Shown: positions 36,375-49,459, numbered from the whole stretch's first letter. The stretch is DNA of 63,042 nucleotides, filler included, from Stramenopiles sp. TOSAG23-2 (GCA_900128395.1; 54 parts of 54 records of this genome joined end to end with filler, not necessarily neighbours in it), one strand, 5' to 3'. The notes: generated by a model from the letters alone, not told the origin. Numbers and translations are program-made.

Positions 36375-36605
36375 TGATTTCATATCTAACATACTAAGGA
36401 TGGTATAAACAATATTCCGCCCAGCACCACCACTTGGCAATATATCAATGAATGACGGGTCATCATTAACAATATTCATTTCACTCATTTCTTGCACAAT
36501 AATAGGATCCAAAACAACAACTTCTGCATGGTTATTCGTAATATCTTCCCCTTTGCTCTCATCATCCTTGTCGTTATTATTATTTATAAATGAAGCCATG
36601 TTCAT
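36375..36605 (-). CDS. Gene 5' end with F-box-like motif
   Basis: FIDILP......IVYTILSMLDMKS. Confidence 0.45.
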
Positions 36606-37249
36606 GTAATTATATATATATATTGTTTGTATAGAGATTTTACAAGAAGTACTAATATTCTTCTTTATATAATACAATACACCTCTCTTGTATCTTATGA
36701 TGGTATATATTAATTTTAAATTGAACTTTTAATTATAAAATAATATATTTGGAACACAGGTGTTTTCTATGTGTGTGTATATTATCATAATATTATATTA
36801 TGATATATACTTAAACAAAATTATTAATTAATATTTATAATACACCACTTATAGAGATAAAAAATACACATTTTGGTATAACACTGGTTAAAACACACAC
36901 GTTGAAGCGTGTATGATACACTACAAAATAATTTTTGAAATAAAACATGCACTTTAAACCTTCAACAAAGTCCATATATATATATTTTTGTGATGTTTTC
37001 TGGTGTCATACATTATTACACATAATATATATATATATCTTTGATCAAAAAGTAACTTTTACAAAATATTCTAATTTGTGGTATCATATGCATATATGCA
37101 TACATATCATACGAATCATAAAATATATCATACGAAAATATGAAGGAGGGGGTATGATATATATGATATGTTGTCTTGTATTTAAATACATGTGCAATCA
37201 TTAATCACTGAAAATGATAATATACGGTGATAATAATCATCTTCACTCT

Positions 37250-37442
37250 CTATAATATCTCATATCCACGTTTTCCACCTTTTGAACGTATAAGATCAAT
37301 GATCTTTTGTTTAATTGGACTTTTATTATTAATATATGCATGGTCCAGGGGAGTGTACCCGTACGCGTCCTTCTTATTAATGCTAGTAAGAGACATATTA
37401 GTTAATAAGAACTCAATCGACTCGGTATCCTTTTTGTTATTA
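37250..37442 (-). CDS. Ankyrin-family paralog, C-terminus
   Basis: IEFLLTNMSLTSINKKDAYGYTPLDHAY.NNKSPIKQKIIDLIRSKGGK. Confidence 0.85.
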
Positions 37443-37543
37443 NNNNNNNNNNNNNNNNNNNNNNNNNNNNNNNNNNNNNNNNNNNNTTAATTAATTAANN
37501 NNNNNNNNNNNNNNNNNNNNNNNNNNNNNNNNNNNNNNNNNNA

Positions 37544-38610
37544 TCCAAAAGAAATAAAGTGCTTAATCAAAATTTTGATGCTATGACCTTTATATCGCAA
37601 TTAAGTACTGGACAATTTCATGAAAGATCTGATGAGACAGACGTGGAGAAACCTCCATGCTTTTATGTCGAGTGGGAACAACGAGGTCAACAAAGCGATC
37701 CAAGGCGTCAAGATGACGAGGAGGATGAGGATAACAATAATAATAATAATGAACCTCAAAACAGAACCAAATACAGAGTAATCTTTGAGGAGAAACGCGT
37801 TATTAACAGAGATCAGTTGCAACAAAACTCTGATACGATACTTGTCTTCACCCACATGTTTCGCCGTGCTGTTCCAGGTGATGTTTATCTCAGTACAATA
37901 TCAAATGGTACATATGTGCTAAAGTCCGATATCGAACAATTGTTGACACCAAGGGGTAGGACTTCAAACACTATGATGCCGGTAGGAAGGTCAGGTTTGA
38001 TGTTAATTCGAGGTTGGAAAGTTTCAGTTGGAAAAAGTGCAGATAATGGTATGTTCCTCAACGTTGATATTGCCAATGAATATTTACAACAGGATAATAT
38101 TCAAATGATGATGGAAAGAATTGCACGAGTAAAAATCAATGGTCCTGTAGCTGACCGTATGAAACAACAGATTGATGAGCAATTAGTCGGAAAATATGTT
38201 ATTACTGCATATAATGGCAGGAAATACCGTATTGACAGCATTGATTGGGACACAACTGCTGGGTCTAAAATGCCAGAAGAAATTCAAAAAAAGTTCAAAA
38301 AGAAAAATTCCATGAAAGCTGAGGAACCTGATATCACATATATTGACTATTGCGAGAAATTATATGGTGTAAAGCGTAGGGATATAAATGCCAATTGCCC
38401 AATGCTTGTAGCAAAAATTAAGAAAAGAGAGGGGGATATTTTCGTGAAATTGGTACCATCTTTATGTTTCAAACGTGGCCTTACGCAAGAACAAGATAGT
38501 GATGGTTTTTTGCGCAGCCAAATGTGTAAATCATGCACAATGGCACCTCGTGATCGACTTCAATTTATTGATCAATTTGTGCAAAAAATGAGCCAAATCA
38601 TGCGAGAGTA
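37544..38610 (+). CDS. PIWI-clade Argonaute, N/L1/PAZ/L2 fragment
   Basis: GKYVITAYNGRKYRIDSIDWD...TYIDYCEKLYG...PMLV...LVPSLCFKRGLT...TMAPRDR matches the PIWI-type PAZ (VLTxYNNKTYRxDDIDWD...LIPELCxxTGLT). Confidence 0.85.
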
Positions 38611-38710
38611 NNNNNNNNNNNNNNNNNNNNNNNNNNNNNNNNNNNNNNNNNNNNTTAATTAATTAANNNNNNNNNNNNNNNNNNNNNNNNNNNNNNNNNN
38701 NNNNNNNNNN

Positions 38711-39777
38711 TTGCTATTATTACGTTTATTACTAACTGTTGGAATACCTTGATTCATTTCATCTACATTCATATTATTTTTATTTGGACCAAAAAAATCA
38801 GCATATGTTAAATCATCGACATTATCTTTTCCCTCTGATGATGCTATTGTTGTTGATTCATTTACAACTTTTTTTTTCTTCTTTTTCATCTTGTATTTTA
38901 CGTTTTGTTGTTGTAATGCTTCATTGCCTTCTTTTTCTAAATCAATACCATCTTCAAATTCTTCATCAGAGGATGACATATCATCATCATCGTCGTTATT
39001 ATAATTATTATTATTATTACCTTTGTTAACTGCATCGTCTTCCTCCTCATCATCCTCGTCTTCCACATTCTCATCCCCATACATAGTAGCATAAATGTCA
39101 ACAGATTCATCTAATTCACCTAAATCTTCTTGTCCATCTGCAAATTTTTCAAAATCCTCAAAATTAAAAAATTTATCTTGTTCCATGTTTAATTTAATTT
39201 TCTCTTTCAAATCATTATCAACATCTTCCTCCTCGTCTTCCTTTTTCTTTCGCCGTATATTATTTCTTGTATTTTTATTACTATCATTATATGGCACTTC
39301 CTCGTCGTCATCATCGTTATCATTATCATCATCACTATCACTATTACTGCTACTGCTGCTGTTGCTATTAACATTCATGTTGTTATCACTTTCACTATCG
39401 CTACCACTATCACTATCATTATCGCTATCATCGTCTTCCTCTTCAATCAAAGTAATATTATTTAGAGTCTCCTCATCATTTAGTGCTGTTTCATAGTGTT
39501 TAATTATTGGTATATTTTGCATATTAATTTGTTCCCATATTTGTTCAAAATCTAAACCATCGATGAAAAGTTCAGACAATTCGCTACCAGGAATGACTGA
39601 AGCGCTTTCATCTGCATGTTTCTTCGCATGATCAAAGTACAATTTAACACATGTCAAAAGATTTTTGGACATCTTGTCATTTTTTATATAAAATTCTTCT
39701 GGTTGATTAGCAATATCTTGTAAAAATGTACGTGCCTCAATAAAATTTTTTGGTTGATTATTATTTTCATCTGTTAT
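38711..39777 (-). CDS. MPP10: U3 snoRNP protein Mpp10, N-terminal fragment
   Basis: LSELFIDGLDFEQIWEQINMQN, EQDKFFNFEDFEKFAD, LTYADFFGP and acidic tracts. Confidence 0.9.
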
Positions 39778-39879
39778 NNNNNNNNNNNNNNNNNNNNNNN
39801 NNNNNNNNNNNNNNNNNNNNNTTAATTAATTAANNNNNNNNNNNNNNNNNNNNNNNNNNNNNNNNNNNNNNNNNNNNTA

Positions 39880-40944
39880 CAGATGTTTGTGCCCTCCGTG
39901 GGACAACGCTGTTGACGCCGCTCTTTTTTTTTTTTTTTTTTCATCACATTAAAAAATTTCCCCCCCTGTTTTATAAGTACAATATTAGTATACTATATTT
40001 GTAGGGGTTGATAGGGAAATGTGTAGAAAATACCACCTTTCTCGCGCTTTCGATTATAAACTTTGAATTGACACTAAAAAATAATATATATATAAGAAAT
40101 AAAAGATAAAACATCATATCGTATTCTTTAATTGTTTTATTAAAAAAGCGTTTTGTTTATATTTTTACATATCCATAGCAATTTCATTTACAACATCTTT
40201 AATTAAAGCATTCCTAACTTTGTCACTTTTTGAATTTGGTAGATCAAATTTACAATCTGGAAAACAATGCGCAAATGTTGTTACTAGATCCTCTTTACCA
40301 ATTTCAGTTAAAGTCTCATCCATAAAAACAAACATATGAGGATCTAGACCTTCAATACGTTTGTAAAAAGCAGCACGTTCAACTTCTGGTCGCTCCTTTG
40401 CTATTCTAGTTAAATTGTTCAGACTTAATCCAATAGACTTCAAGTATACATATATTGTTGAAGTATGTATCTTTGGTAGACCCGACGCAACCATTCTATT
40501 TTGCAGTTCATCTAAATAGTCTTCAGGATATTTAAGTGCTAAATTCTTTAAAACAATTTGTTGTTCACGTGTCAACTTTTTTTTCCCTTTCCTCGATGAA
40601 ATAAATTGCTTTGTAATCGCTTTCGGTTCACCATATCGTTCATAGTGCTTCACCCATCGTTGGAGCGTCGATTTAGTAATTCTACATGGAGCTCCATGCA
40701 TCATACCTTCCTTATTAGATAACCATCTAAGCGGTTTATCTAAGTTTTCATAATAAAACAATAGTGTTTCAGTTTGAATTCGTAGTGCCGACCATTCCGA
40801 ATGCTTTGTATTTCTTTCAGTTTGTAGATTATTATTCTGATTAACCACGGCACGCGATTTACGTTTCTTTATTTTTTTTGTGGAACGAGGCATTGTATAT
40901 GTGTACAGTAAGTAATAAATGGCACCAGTATGTTTTATTTACAC
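39880..40944 (-). mobile_element. IS630/Tc1/mariner-superfamily element (one terminus plus internally deleted transposase)
   Basis: The contig begins TA|CAGATG...; subterminal motif at 39976-40020; transposase ORF 40165-40893. Confidence 0.75.
40165..40893 (-). pseudogene. IS630/Tc1-like transposase with HTH domains and the first catalytic Asp, lacking the rest of the DDE core
   Basis: STLQRWVKHY..YG, P..YLDELQ..., STIY..LK..GLS...L..IAKER, then FVFMDET directly followed by C-terminal-like I.KEDL..TFAHC. Confidence 0.8.
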
Positions 40945-41223
40945 NNNNNNNNNNNNNNNNNNNNNNNNNNNNNNNNNNNNNNNNNNNNTTAATTAATTAA
41001 NNNNNNNNNNNNNNNNNNNNNNNNNNNNNNNNNNNNNNNNNNNNCTTCATGAAGCATTGTATGGTGCAATGGAAATGCCAGTTGATAATAAATAGAGTAC
41101 ACGAAGCGTAAGAAGTAATAATATAATTATTACGACAATTTTAATACACACACATGATGCATTAAATTAGTTTTTTTACATTTTTGCGCTGTCTTCTACA
41201 TTAAGCACTTAACACTATTATTG

Positions 41224-41528
41224 TTATTTATTTTTTTTTGAATGTTTCGATATTTTTTTATCCCCGGATGCTTTACCTTCATCTAATGAGTCTGTAATTA
41301 AAATAAACGTAGCAATTATAGCAATAATTCCCAAAGGTATCATAATTATAGCTAACCAACCAAAATAATACCTAGGATTGGAAAATATTTCAAAAACCAA
41401 TTTATCATACCAAGGCTTTTTGGAAGATGATATAATAATTTAAAGGGTTAGAACGTATACGTCAAACGTTTATTAAAAATAGACCTGATATATCTTATAC
41501 TTACCGCATCATCAGGTAATTTTACCAT
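41224..41528 (-). CDS. Spliced small membrane protein, SMIM15/UPF0542-like (exons 41528-41505 and 41415-41224; 71 aa; not in ORF track)
   Basis: MVKLPDDA|PWYDKLVFEIFSNPRYYFGWLAIIMIPLGIIAIIATFILI...KKNK*; 89-nt GTAAGT...CTAAC...AAG intron. Confidence 0.65.
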
Positions 41529-42211
41529 TTTAAATCTAGATTTAGAAATAGACAATAAAAGGCTTTATATATACTACCACCATATATATACTATTAATAC
41601 GTATAGTGGATTTGCAATTTATTTCGTTTCATATAATTCTAGTTATACCTCAAATCTCATTAGTAATGTATCTTACCAGCTTAATCCTTTGCTGGTGAAT
41701 AATAATAATATTATCCGAATAGACAAGCACAATAACAATAAATAATAATTTATTTTTTCGAAGTTAGTAAAAAAAGAGATCTATATTATTGCTGCCGCCT
41801 GGTTATCGGTATGTTTTGCTGCCACTTCTTTTTTTTTATTTTTTTGAGGTTTAAGGGTTTAAATTAAAATTTAGATGAGCATGATGGGATACATTATTGG
41901 CCTTTAAGAATGCTATAATAACAACATCAAATAGTAAAAAAGCGTTCCTGGCGTTCCCTCTTATATTATATGTAATCTGGTAATATAATTTTTAAAATAC
42001 AAGAATAATATTAATAAAGGATACATATATATGTATATATAATACTATAAAACATTATTAGAAGATAAAGATACAAACACGATGAGATTAACAGATTGGA
42101 AAAAACATGCANNNNNNNNNNNNNNNNNNNNNNNNNNNNNNNNNNNNNNNNNNNNTTAATTAATTAANNNNNNNNNNNNNNNNNNNNNNNNNNNNNNNNN
42201 NNNNNNNNNNN

Positions 42212-42986
42212 ATGCTTTTGTATTACTTTGTAATCCTTCGTTTAATGCACGTACACTTGCTCCACCACATTCTATTGTCAGAAATATGACGATCCATGTC
42301 AATGGTTCATCGAATTGATTATCACCTAGGCATGTTCGTTTAATTAATTGAGCTGTAGACTTTGAAAAAAGTACCGATAATGAACCAAACACCGCTGCTA
42401 AAAATGCATACAAAGGCCCAGGTAAGACTCGATTTGTAAATTTCCCTAAATACCAACGATACAATAAAACACTCAATACAGCAAATACAATAAAACACAT
42501 TAATACAATGAAAGCTGGTCTATAATATAATTCTTCTAATTGATTTGCAGTGAAATCATGCTCTGCATGACTTGAATTAAGGACTACAATCACAGCACCT
42601 GCAATAATCAATATCATGGATATAATATGCATCCATGATAATTCTTCTCTTAACAAACATGGTGCAAATAAAGTATTAGAAACCAAAGAGAAAGCACCTA
42701 ATGTGGCTAACATAGATTGAGCAGCAAATGATAATGCAACAGCATTTAACACTTGACCTAAAATAAATAAAGCAAAACCTAGCTTCCATTGCCAATGTGA
42801 CGATTCTACGATGGACGCATCTTCCCCTCCAAATTGTACTCCCTCAGTATCTCCAATTTCTCTTTCCACACGTTTTGCATGTATTATAAAATCAAGCTTT
42901 TGAAGAAGCATTCCTATATTTGTAGAAACGGAACCTAATAAAGATAAAGCTACACCTATTATCCATCCTGGAAAATGTGCTGTCAT
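42212..42986 (-). CDS. NIPA-family magnesium transporter, 3'-truncated
   Basis: GVALSLLGS...GMLLQK, W.LG..LF.LGQ.LN..ALSFAAQSMLATLGA.SLVSN..FA...L.E. Confidence 0.9.
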
Positions 42987-43383
42987 ATTGTTATTATTAT
43001 TATATTATTATTGATGATGATGATATGGGTGAATGTGTATTCCTCCGTAGTTGTATGTTTAATACCGAGAGGAAGAGAGTGTATATACAAGGATATATAT
43101 TAAAATAATTTGATTTATTATAATTTGTATTATTTTATTGTGCTGCTGTTGCTACTACATTTTTTGTATTATTAGAATTATAATATTATAATAGAGGAGA
43201 GAGGAGCTATGGAGCTATTAATAGAGAGGGAAAAGGATTTAAAAGATGAAATGTCCATTAACGACGTGGATGAAAAANNNNNNNNNNNNNNNNNNNNNNN
43301 NNNNNNNNNNNNNNNNNNNNNTTAATTAATTAANNNNNNNNNNNNNNNNNNNNNNNNNNNNNNNNNNNNNNNNNNNNAAAACG

Positions 43384-43386
<3 letters not shown>

Positions 43387-43414
<28 letters not shown>
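43387..43414. repeat. (AC)n microsatellite
   Basis: ~14 AC units. Confidence 0.9.
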
Positions 43415-43420
<6 letters not shown>

Positions 43421-43428
43421 CCAAAAGC

Positions 43429-43866
43429 ATGTCATCGAGTAATGATGACGACGATGAGAATGTTAATAAAAAAAATTGGTGTTATGCTACGGCTGGGAAT
43501 CTCACAAAAGCAAATAGAATTGATCCACAAGATTGTAAATCTAAATGTTGTGTAACTCACCCAGACGCTGGAGGGAAAAAAATTTGCGGAACTAAAAGTG
43601 AGTGCACGACTGGCATAACTATTTTCATTATTATTGCTTGTTTCCTTTTTTTAACTTCCTGCCATAGTTTTCTTAAATATCGGTGTAAATGCAGACCTAA
43701 AAAACGTAATAGTGAAAATCATATAGAATTACAAGAGAACACAGATATTAACTTCAAAAATAATCAATTAAATAATTCAACAGAAGAAATGAGTAATACT
43801 AACTTGAATATGAAAAAAGCTACAGCAGCAGCAGAAGAAGAAGATAAACCACCAGACTGGGAGTAA
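43429..43866 (+). CDS. Small single-pass membrane protein with Cys-rich N-terminal part
   Basis: 145-aa ORF; Cys cluster, then TM ITIFIIIACFLFL. Confidence 0.55.
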   Translation: MSSSNDDDDENVNKKNWCYATAGNLTKANRIDPQDCKSKCCVTHPDAGGKKICGTKSECTTGITIFIIIACFLFLTSCHSFLKYRCKCRPKKRNSENHIELQENTDINFKNNQLNNSTEEMSNTNLNMKKATAAAEEEDKPPDWE

Positions 43867-45924
43867 TCAATCTGTTAATGTAGGTATCAATAGAATTGGC
43901 GATTTTATTTACTTAAAATTCTAGAAACACGACACAGTTTAAAATTATCCTATGTAATACAACACAACAACAACTATAAATCATTTTCGTTAAATATTTG
44001 AAGATACACAAAAAATTATACATGGTGAATTAGATGAAAGTGAAGTGAAAAAAATTACGGAAAGAAAGAAGAAGAAGAAACGCCCATCCACATTACGTAA
44101 AGCTATTAATCGTGATCGTAGAAAACGTTGGTTTGAAGCAAATCCTGAGGTTTTGATTGCAAAAAAAACATGTTTAAAGATGAATATGTATTTAAATGTT
44201 GCAAGATTATTGAAAATGGAAATGGCTATCCCAACAATATATAAAGATAGTGAAGATTATGCTATTGTCGTTAATAATTTGGCGAAAGATAAATTAAAAG
44301 AATCTATTTCCCCTTCGAAAAAAAATAAGAACAAGAAATTAAAAAATAATAATAAAAACAGCAACAAAAAGCAAGTGGGTAAGAAAAAGAAAGGTAGTAG
44401 TAAGAATAACAATAATGAAATGCAAGTTATTGAAGAAGAAATTNNNNNNNNNNNNNNNNNNNNNNNNNNNNNNNNNNNNNNNNNNNNTTAATTAATTAAN
44501 NNNNNNNNNNNNNNNNNNNNNNNNNNNNNNNNNNNNNNNNNNNTGTTCCCATGGATTTGGAATATTATCTTCTTCCATTATATTTTGATGTTCTTTGGAT
44601 GGGGTATTCTTGTTTTGTTTCATTGTGTATTGCTATATTCTTGCAAAACGTGATGATATTATACAAATAAAAATAAAGGTGGGTTCAATAATATGGAGAG
44701 ATGTATGTGATGTATGTATATTTACTTGTTTTTCTTATATCATTTGCAATAATATATATATATAGTACTATATCTATCATTCAAAGCTATTATTTATAAG
44801 AAATTAAAATATATATATCTAATAAAAGCCCGTGGGATTCCATAGTGTGCTGACCAATTTAAAAGGCGCTGCCATATTAATATGTTGAACTATCTACTCT
44901 TTACCCGGTACGAAAAACTGAAATGAAATTGAAGACGACAGAGGAAGACGCTCGCCACTACGAGGAGCTCATATTTTAAGGTATGGGCTGTAGCAGGGAA
45001 TAACAAAGGGAATCAGTAACTCGCCACTTTCAACCTTATGCAAAATATATTAGACAACTAAGTATAATTTCATGTATACTAAAATTTCTATCAATACCAA
45101 ATATACGTAGGAAGATTAGTAAATATATGAATACAATAAATTATACTTCATACTTCATATGTACATATTTAGCCAAAAAGTAAGATTGATTTTAGTAGAA
45201 ATTTGTTTATTGTGATAATCATTTTTACCTTAATGAATATATTTTTACGAGAAAAATTTCCATCGCAACAACAACAAATGTACCGTTGCGTTGGCCAGTT
45301 GGAAGCACACATCTATAAAAAATAAAAATGCATTTATATGTACAGACTGTTAGATGTGAAAATACCTAATATGAATTGAATTATATATATATATATGTAT
45401 GTATATATCCCCTCTCCTATATTCAAGGATAAGGTACAATCGTGTTTTCTAATTATTTTGTAAGGTTACATTATAATATATTTTTTGTAAAATGGTGGAG
45501 TATGCAACGAAAGGCAAGGGTATTCTCAATAATACGCAACGACCTATGACCTCAATCGACTCTATATCTGAAGTTATTGATAAGCCAAATTTTTATCCTT
45601 CTACATCTNNNNNNNNNNNNNNNNNNNNNNNNNNNNNNNNNNNNNNNNNNNNTTAATTAATTAANNNNNNNNNNNNNNNNNNNNNNNNNNNNNNNNNNNN
45701 NNNNNNNNTCATTGAAATCCACAGAGTGTGCCAATATTTTTAAGATACAAAAATATTGGTGGAGGTAAACAGATGCAATTAACACATTATATGCATCAAT
45801 TGAAAACCGTGTATTGTTCAAAGATGTGTGATACATCGTACCGTGCAACCTTCTGTTGATAAAACATGGACATTATACATGAATGTACTCTTATTATCTT
45901 AGTAATATGATACTGCATTTTTAT

Positions 45925-46773
45925 TTATCTCTTGGAAGGTATATTAAACACACAAAGTAAGTTGTTGTAGAATAATCTCCACTCATCAATGGTAATTGTT
46001 GTGCGCTGTAAAGTAATTGTATCACAATCTTGTTTTTTAGGGACATTGTACTTAATAAAAATATCAAAGTCGTCCAAATTCTCCTTTAAATCTGTCCCAA
46101 TATGTGTTAGTTCGTTTGCTTGTATCTTGATATTCTCACAATTATCAATATTTATCTGATAGTTTAGCAACTTTAATTTGAGAAATATATTTCCAAATTC
46201 GTTATTTTCAGCACATACACTCCATCTTCTTTTTGTTTTTTCATTGCCATTGTGCACCATTTCGATATCGACCGTCATTGGGTTTGTAAGGTACCCCATT
46301 GCCTTAATCCGGCTATGATCACTAAAATTATATTTAAGCTTATCAAATTTTTCTAATACGTCTTCTTTTTCTTCCGCAATTTTACGTTTTAATTCATCCA
46401 TTTTCTCTTGTAGTTCTACCAATTCCATTGCTTTCTGCTCAATCGATTTTATGGAATCAATAACGCTATCAATGTCAGTAAATGTTTTTTGTTCGTATTG
46501 GCATGCATGGTATAAGCCTAATCGACTATGGCTGGCTATGTCATTCTTAGGGTAACTTGCATCCACAACTTTAGTCCCATCTTCTATCACATATTGTTCA
46601 TTAAGAATTACAGTAAACCTAGTTTTACCATTCTTGTCATGCCATTGTTCGGAAGGATTAACATTATTTCCTATGACACTTGTGAAACTTGTAAGGTTTG
46701 TCGTACGGTCTGTTCTCCGTCTATCAAAGTTTTGCTGAAATTCTATATAGTTTTTGATGTATTTGTCACGTTC
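45925..46773 (-). CDS. Unknown coiled-coil protein, 5'-truncated
   Basis: ORF open to the contig edge; no low-complexity tracts. Confidence 0.55.
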   Translation of the reverse strand, partial: ERDKYIKNYIEFQQNFDRRRTDRTTNLTSFTSVIGNNVNPSEQWHDKNGKTRFTVILNEQYVIEDGTKVVDASYPKNDIASHSRLGLYHACQYEQKTFTDIDSVIDSIKSIEQKAMELVELQEKMDELKRKIAEEKEDVLEKFDKLKYNFSDHSRIKAMGYLTNPMTVDIEMVHNGNEKTKRRWSVCAENNEFGNIFLKLKLLNYQINIDNCENIKIQANELTHIGTDLKENLDDFDIFIKYNVPKKQDCDTITLQRTTITIDEWRLFYNNLLCVFNIPSKR

Positions 46774-46873
46774 NNNNNNNNNNNNNNNNNNNNNNNNNNN
46801 NNNNNNNNNNNNNNNNNTTAATTAATTAANNNNNNNNNNNNNNNNNNNNNNNNNNNNNNNNNNNNNNNNNNNN

Positions 46874-47713
46874 GAACTTGGACGTTGGATCGTTGATCAT
46901 CCAGATATTGTTCATATTACTTTCACTGGTAGTGCAGCAACTGGTAAAAATATCATGAAATCTGCAGCTGGTACATTGAAAAAATTGACATTGGAATTAG
47001 GAGGTAACGATGCAGCAATTGTTATGCCTGAAACAAACCTCGATGAAGTTGCACCAAAAATTTTCAGTGCTGCTATGTTCAACTCTGGCCAAACCTGTGT
47101 TGCAATCAAACGTGTATTTGTCCATGAAAGTCAATATGAAGATTTCGTTGGCAAAATCGGTAACATTGCAAAACAAGCAACTGTTGGTGATGGCACACAA
47201 GACGGTATTGCATATGGTCCAATGAACAATGAAATGCAATTGAAACGCATTGAAATGTTAGTTGACGATGCTAAAAAAAATGGTGGCCGTATTTTATCTG
47301 GTGGCGAACGTATTACCGTACCAGGTAAAGAAGGTGGATACTACTACCCTCCAACCATGGTTGCTGATTTAACTGATGAAGATCGTCTTGTTAAAGAAGA
47401 ACAATTCGGCATGGCATTACCAATCTTGAAATACAAAGATGTGGATGAAGCATTGGAACGTGCAAATAACTCTGAATATGGTTTAGGTGGTTCCGTATGG
47501 GGTCCAGATGCAGAAAAAGCAGCTGAAGTTGCTGTACAGCTTGAATCTGGTATGAGTTGGGTCAATCAACATTTAGTACGCAGAGATGAAGTAGCACCAT
47601 TTGGTGGTGTTAAAGCAAGTGGTCTTGGAAGCGAAGGTGGTGGTGCAATCGGCTTAAAAGAATTCGTTGATGTAAAGAGCTTGTACGTGAAAAAATTAAA
47701 AAGTGGATTGTAA
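46874..47713 (+). CDS. Aldehyde dehydrogenase, C-terminal half
   Basis: ITFTGS, LTLELGGND, FNSGQTCVA, EEQFG, PFGGVKASGLG. Confidence 0.97.
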   Translation, partial: ELGRWIVDHPDIVHITFTGSAATGKNIMKSAAGTLKKLTLELGGNDAAIVMPETNLDEVAPKIFSAAMFNSGQTCVAIKRVFVHESQYEDFVGKIGNIAKQATVGDGTQDGIAYGPMNNEMQLKRIEMLVDDAKKNGGRILSGGERITVPGKEGGYYYPPTMVADLTDEDRLVKEEQFGMALPILKYKDVDEALERANNSEYGLGGSVWGPDAEKAAEVAVQLESGMSWVNQHLVRRDEVAPFGGVKASGLGSEGGGAIGLKEFVDVKSLYVKKLKSGL

Positions 47714-48038
47714 GCTTTTTTTTGTCACACACACTATATATATATATAATATATAGTGGTTTACTACGACGTACGTAATTTGCATTATATATATATAGTA
47801 TATAGAACTGAGCGTTACTATATATATTATGCATGTACGAAATTCGTATGATACGTATATGTATTTTATAAACTGGGTGAAATATTTTTTTTCTTGAGAT
47901 TAATGTGCACATATTATACTCGTAATATTTTTTCTTCANNNNNNNNNNNNNNNNNNNNNNNNNNNNNNNNNNNNNNNNNNNNTTAATTAATTAANNNNNN
48001 NNNNNNNNNNNNNNNNNNNNNNNNNNNNNNNNNNNNNN

Positions 48039-49102
48039 ATGATTGATTAATATTAAAATTTGCTCATTCATTTTGTACAGGGATTGATTTAATAATGGTG
48101 AACGATTTAAAAAAATTAACAATGATAAACGTTGTGTACCATTCATATTGTTATTGTTATTATCTAAAGAATCTACATTATCAAATACAACGGCAATATC
48201 CTTCAATATTAAATCCATATTATTCTGTAACGCCAATTTTTGATTTTTGCTAATGTTTCTACTTTTAGGTTTGCCATAATCTAACATAGAACGTAATGAC
48301 ATTGCAACCTCTCCGCCTAAGTTTTCCAGCACAGCTTTCAATAAAATTTTACAAATACGAAAGCTCCAGATTGGGCAACAAGCAATACTGAAAGTGTTTG
48401 TATGTCCCATAATGTCAACTTCATATTCAAAATCATCCTTTAATGCTTTATATATAAATACAAGAGCTGCAGGTGTAATTTTTCTACACAATTTTTGTAC
48501 ATGTGATACATATTTAACAACGCGTGAATTGTCCATAATCGCATCGCCATCCTTGTTATTAATAATTTCATACAATAACATTCGTTTTCGTTTCTTATCA
48601 CCATCTGTTTTATCTACAACACTTAAATCATGTCTGTTTCCCAGTAATGATCTACACTCACAAAGTAATTGTAAGTGATTAATAACATCCCTACCAACAT
48701 TAATATTATTACTGCTACTACTTTTCCAAAATATATCTATTACTTCGTTTCCTATTTTAACCCGGTTTGATGGTTTCGTAGAGAAAGTATATGATGAAAA
48801 ATCGATTTCTTTTTCTTTTTCTATTAAATTAATAATTACGCCAATTGTTTCGTGTAAGTTGCGACTTTTATTGAAAAACGAATTTGTTAATACATGTTGT
48901 AATTCATCCTCTATCTCAAGCTTTTCAAAACACTTTTCATTATTAATGTCATTCAAATCTAATTGTGAAGATGCGTTTAATGCTAAATTTAAATATGTAC
49001 GGTCTATAGCATATATTGCAACCTCAACACAATGTTTCACCCAAGCAATAGTATGATTTTCTACTATTTTCAATGCTACTGGATTATTTAGAAACGGGTT
49101 TT
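48039..49102 (-). CDS. Unknown helical protein, internal fragment
   Basis: ORF open across the contig. Confidence 0.6.
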
Positions 49103-49459
49103 NNNNNNNNNNNNNNNNNNNNNNNNNNNNNNNNNNNNNNNNNNNNTTAATTAATTAANNNNNNNNNNNNNNNNNNNNNNNNNNNNNNNNNNNNNNNNNN
49201 NNCACAAATTTGTTTACGGATATTTATGATGACAAATGAAATAAATGGAAAGAATAGTAATGTGTTTTTCATATAAATATAGAAGATGCGATGATAAAAC
49301 TCATGTGAGTTGTGTCGTTCACAATGCTATTCCCATGTATTGTCCATTCAGATGCTATCTATACTATTATGCTATTATAGATTCAAACAAACCAGAGACG
49401 GTTTTTTTTATTCTATTTATAGCGGATAAATTTTTTTATAAAATTAATTTGTCAATTAG

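Noticed and set aside
40165-40893. Fanzor/TnpB-associated element
   Set aside because: No RuvC or zinc-finger ORF between the transposase stop and the TA|CAG terminus.
37544-40944. PIWI-MPP10-transposase 'gene cluster'
   Set aside because: These are separate contigs, adjacent only because they have similar lengths.
45709-46773. Endogenous giant-virus origin of this contig (and 60823-61882)
   Set aside because: The composition is suggestive, but no viral hallmark motif is recognisable.
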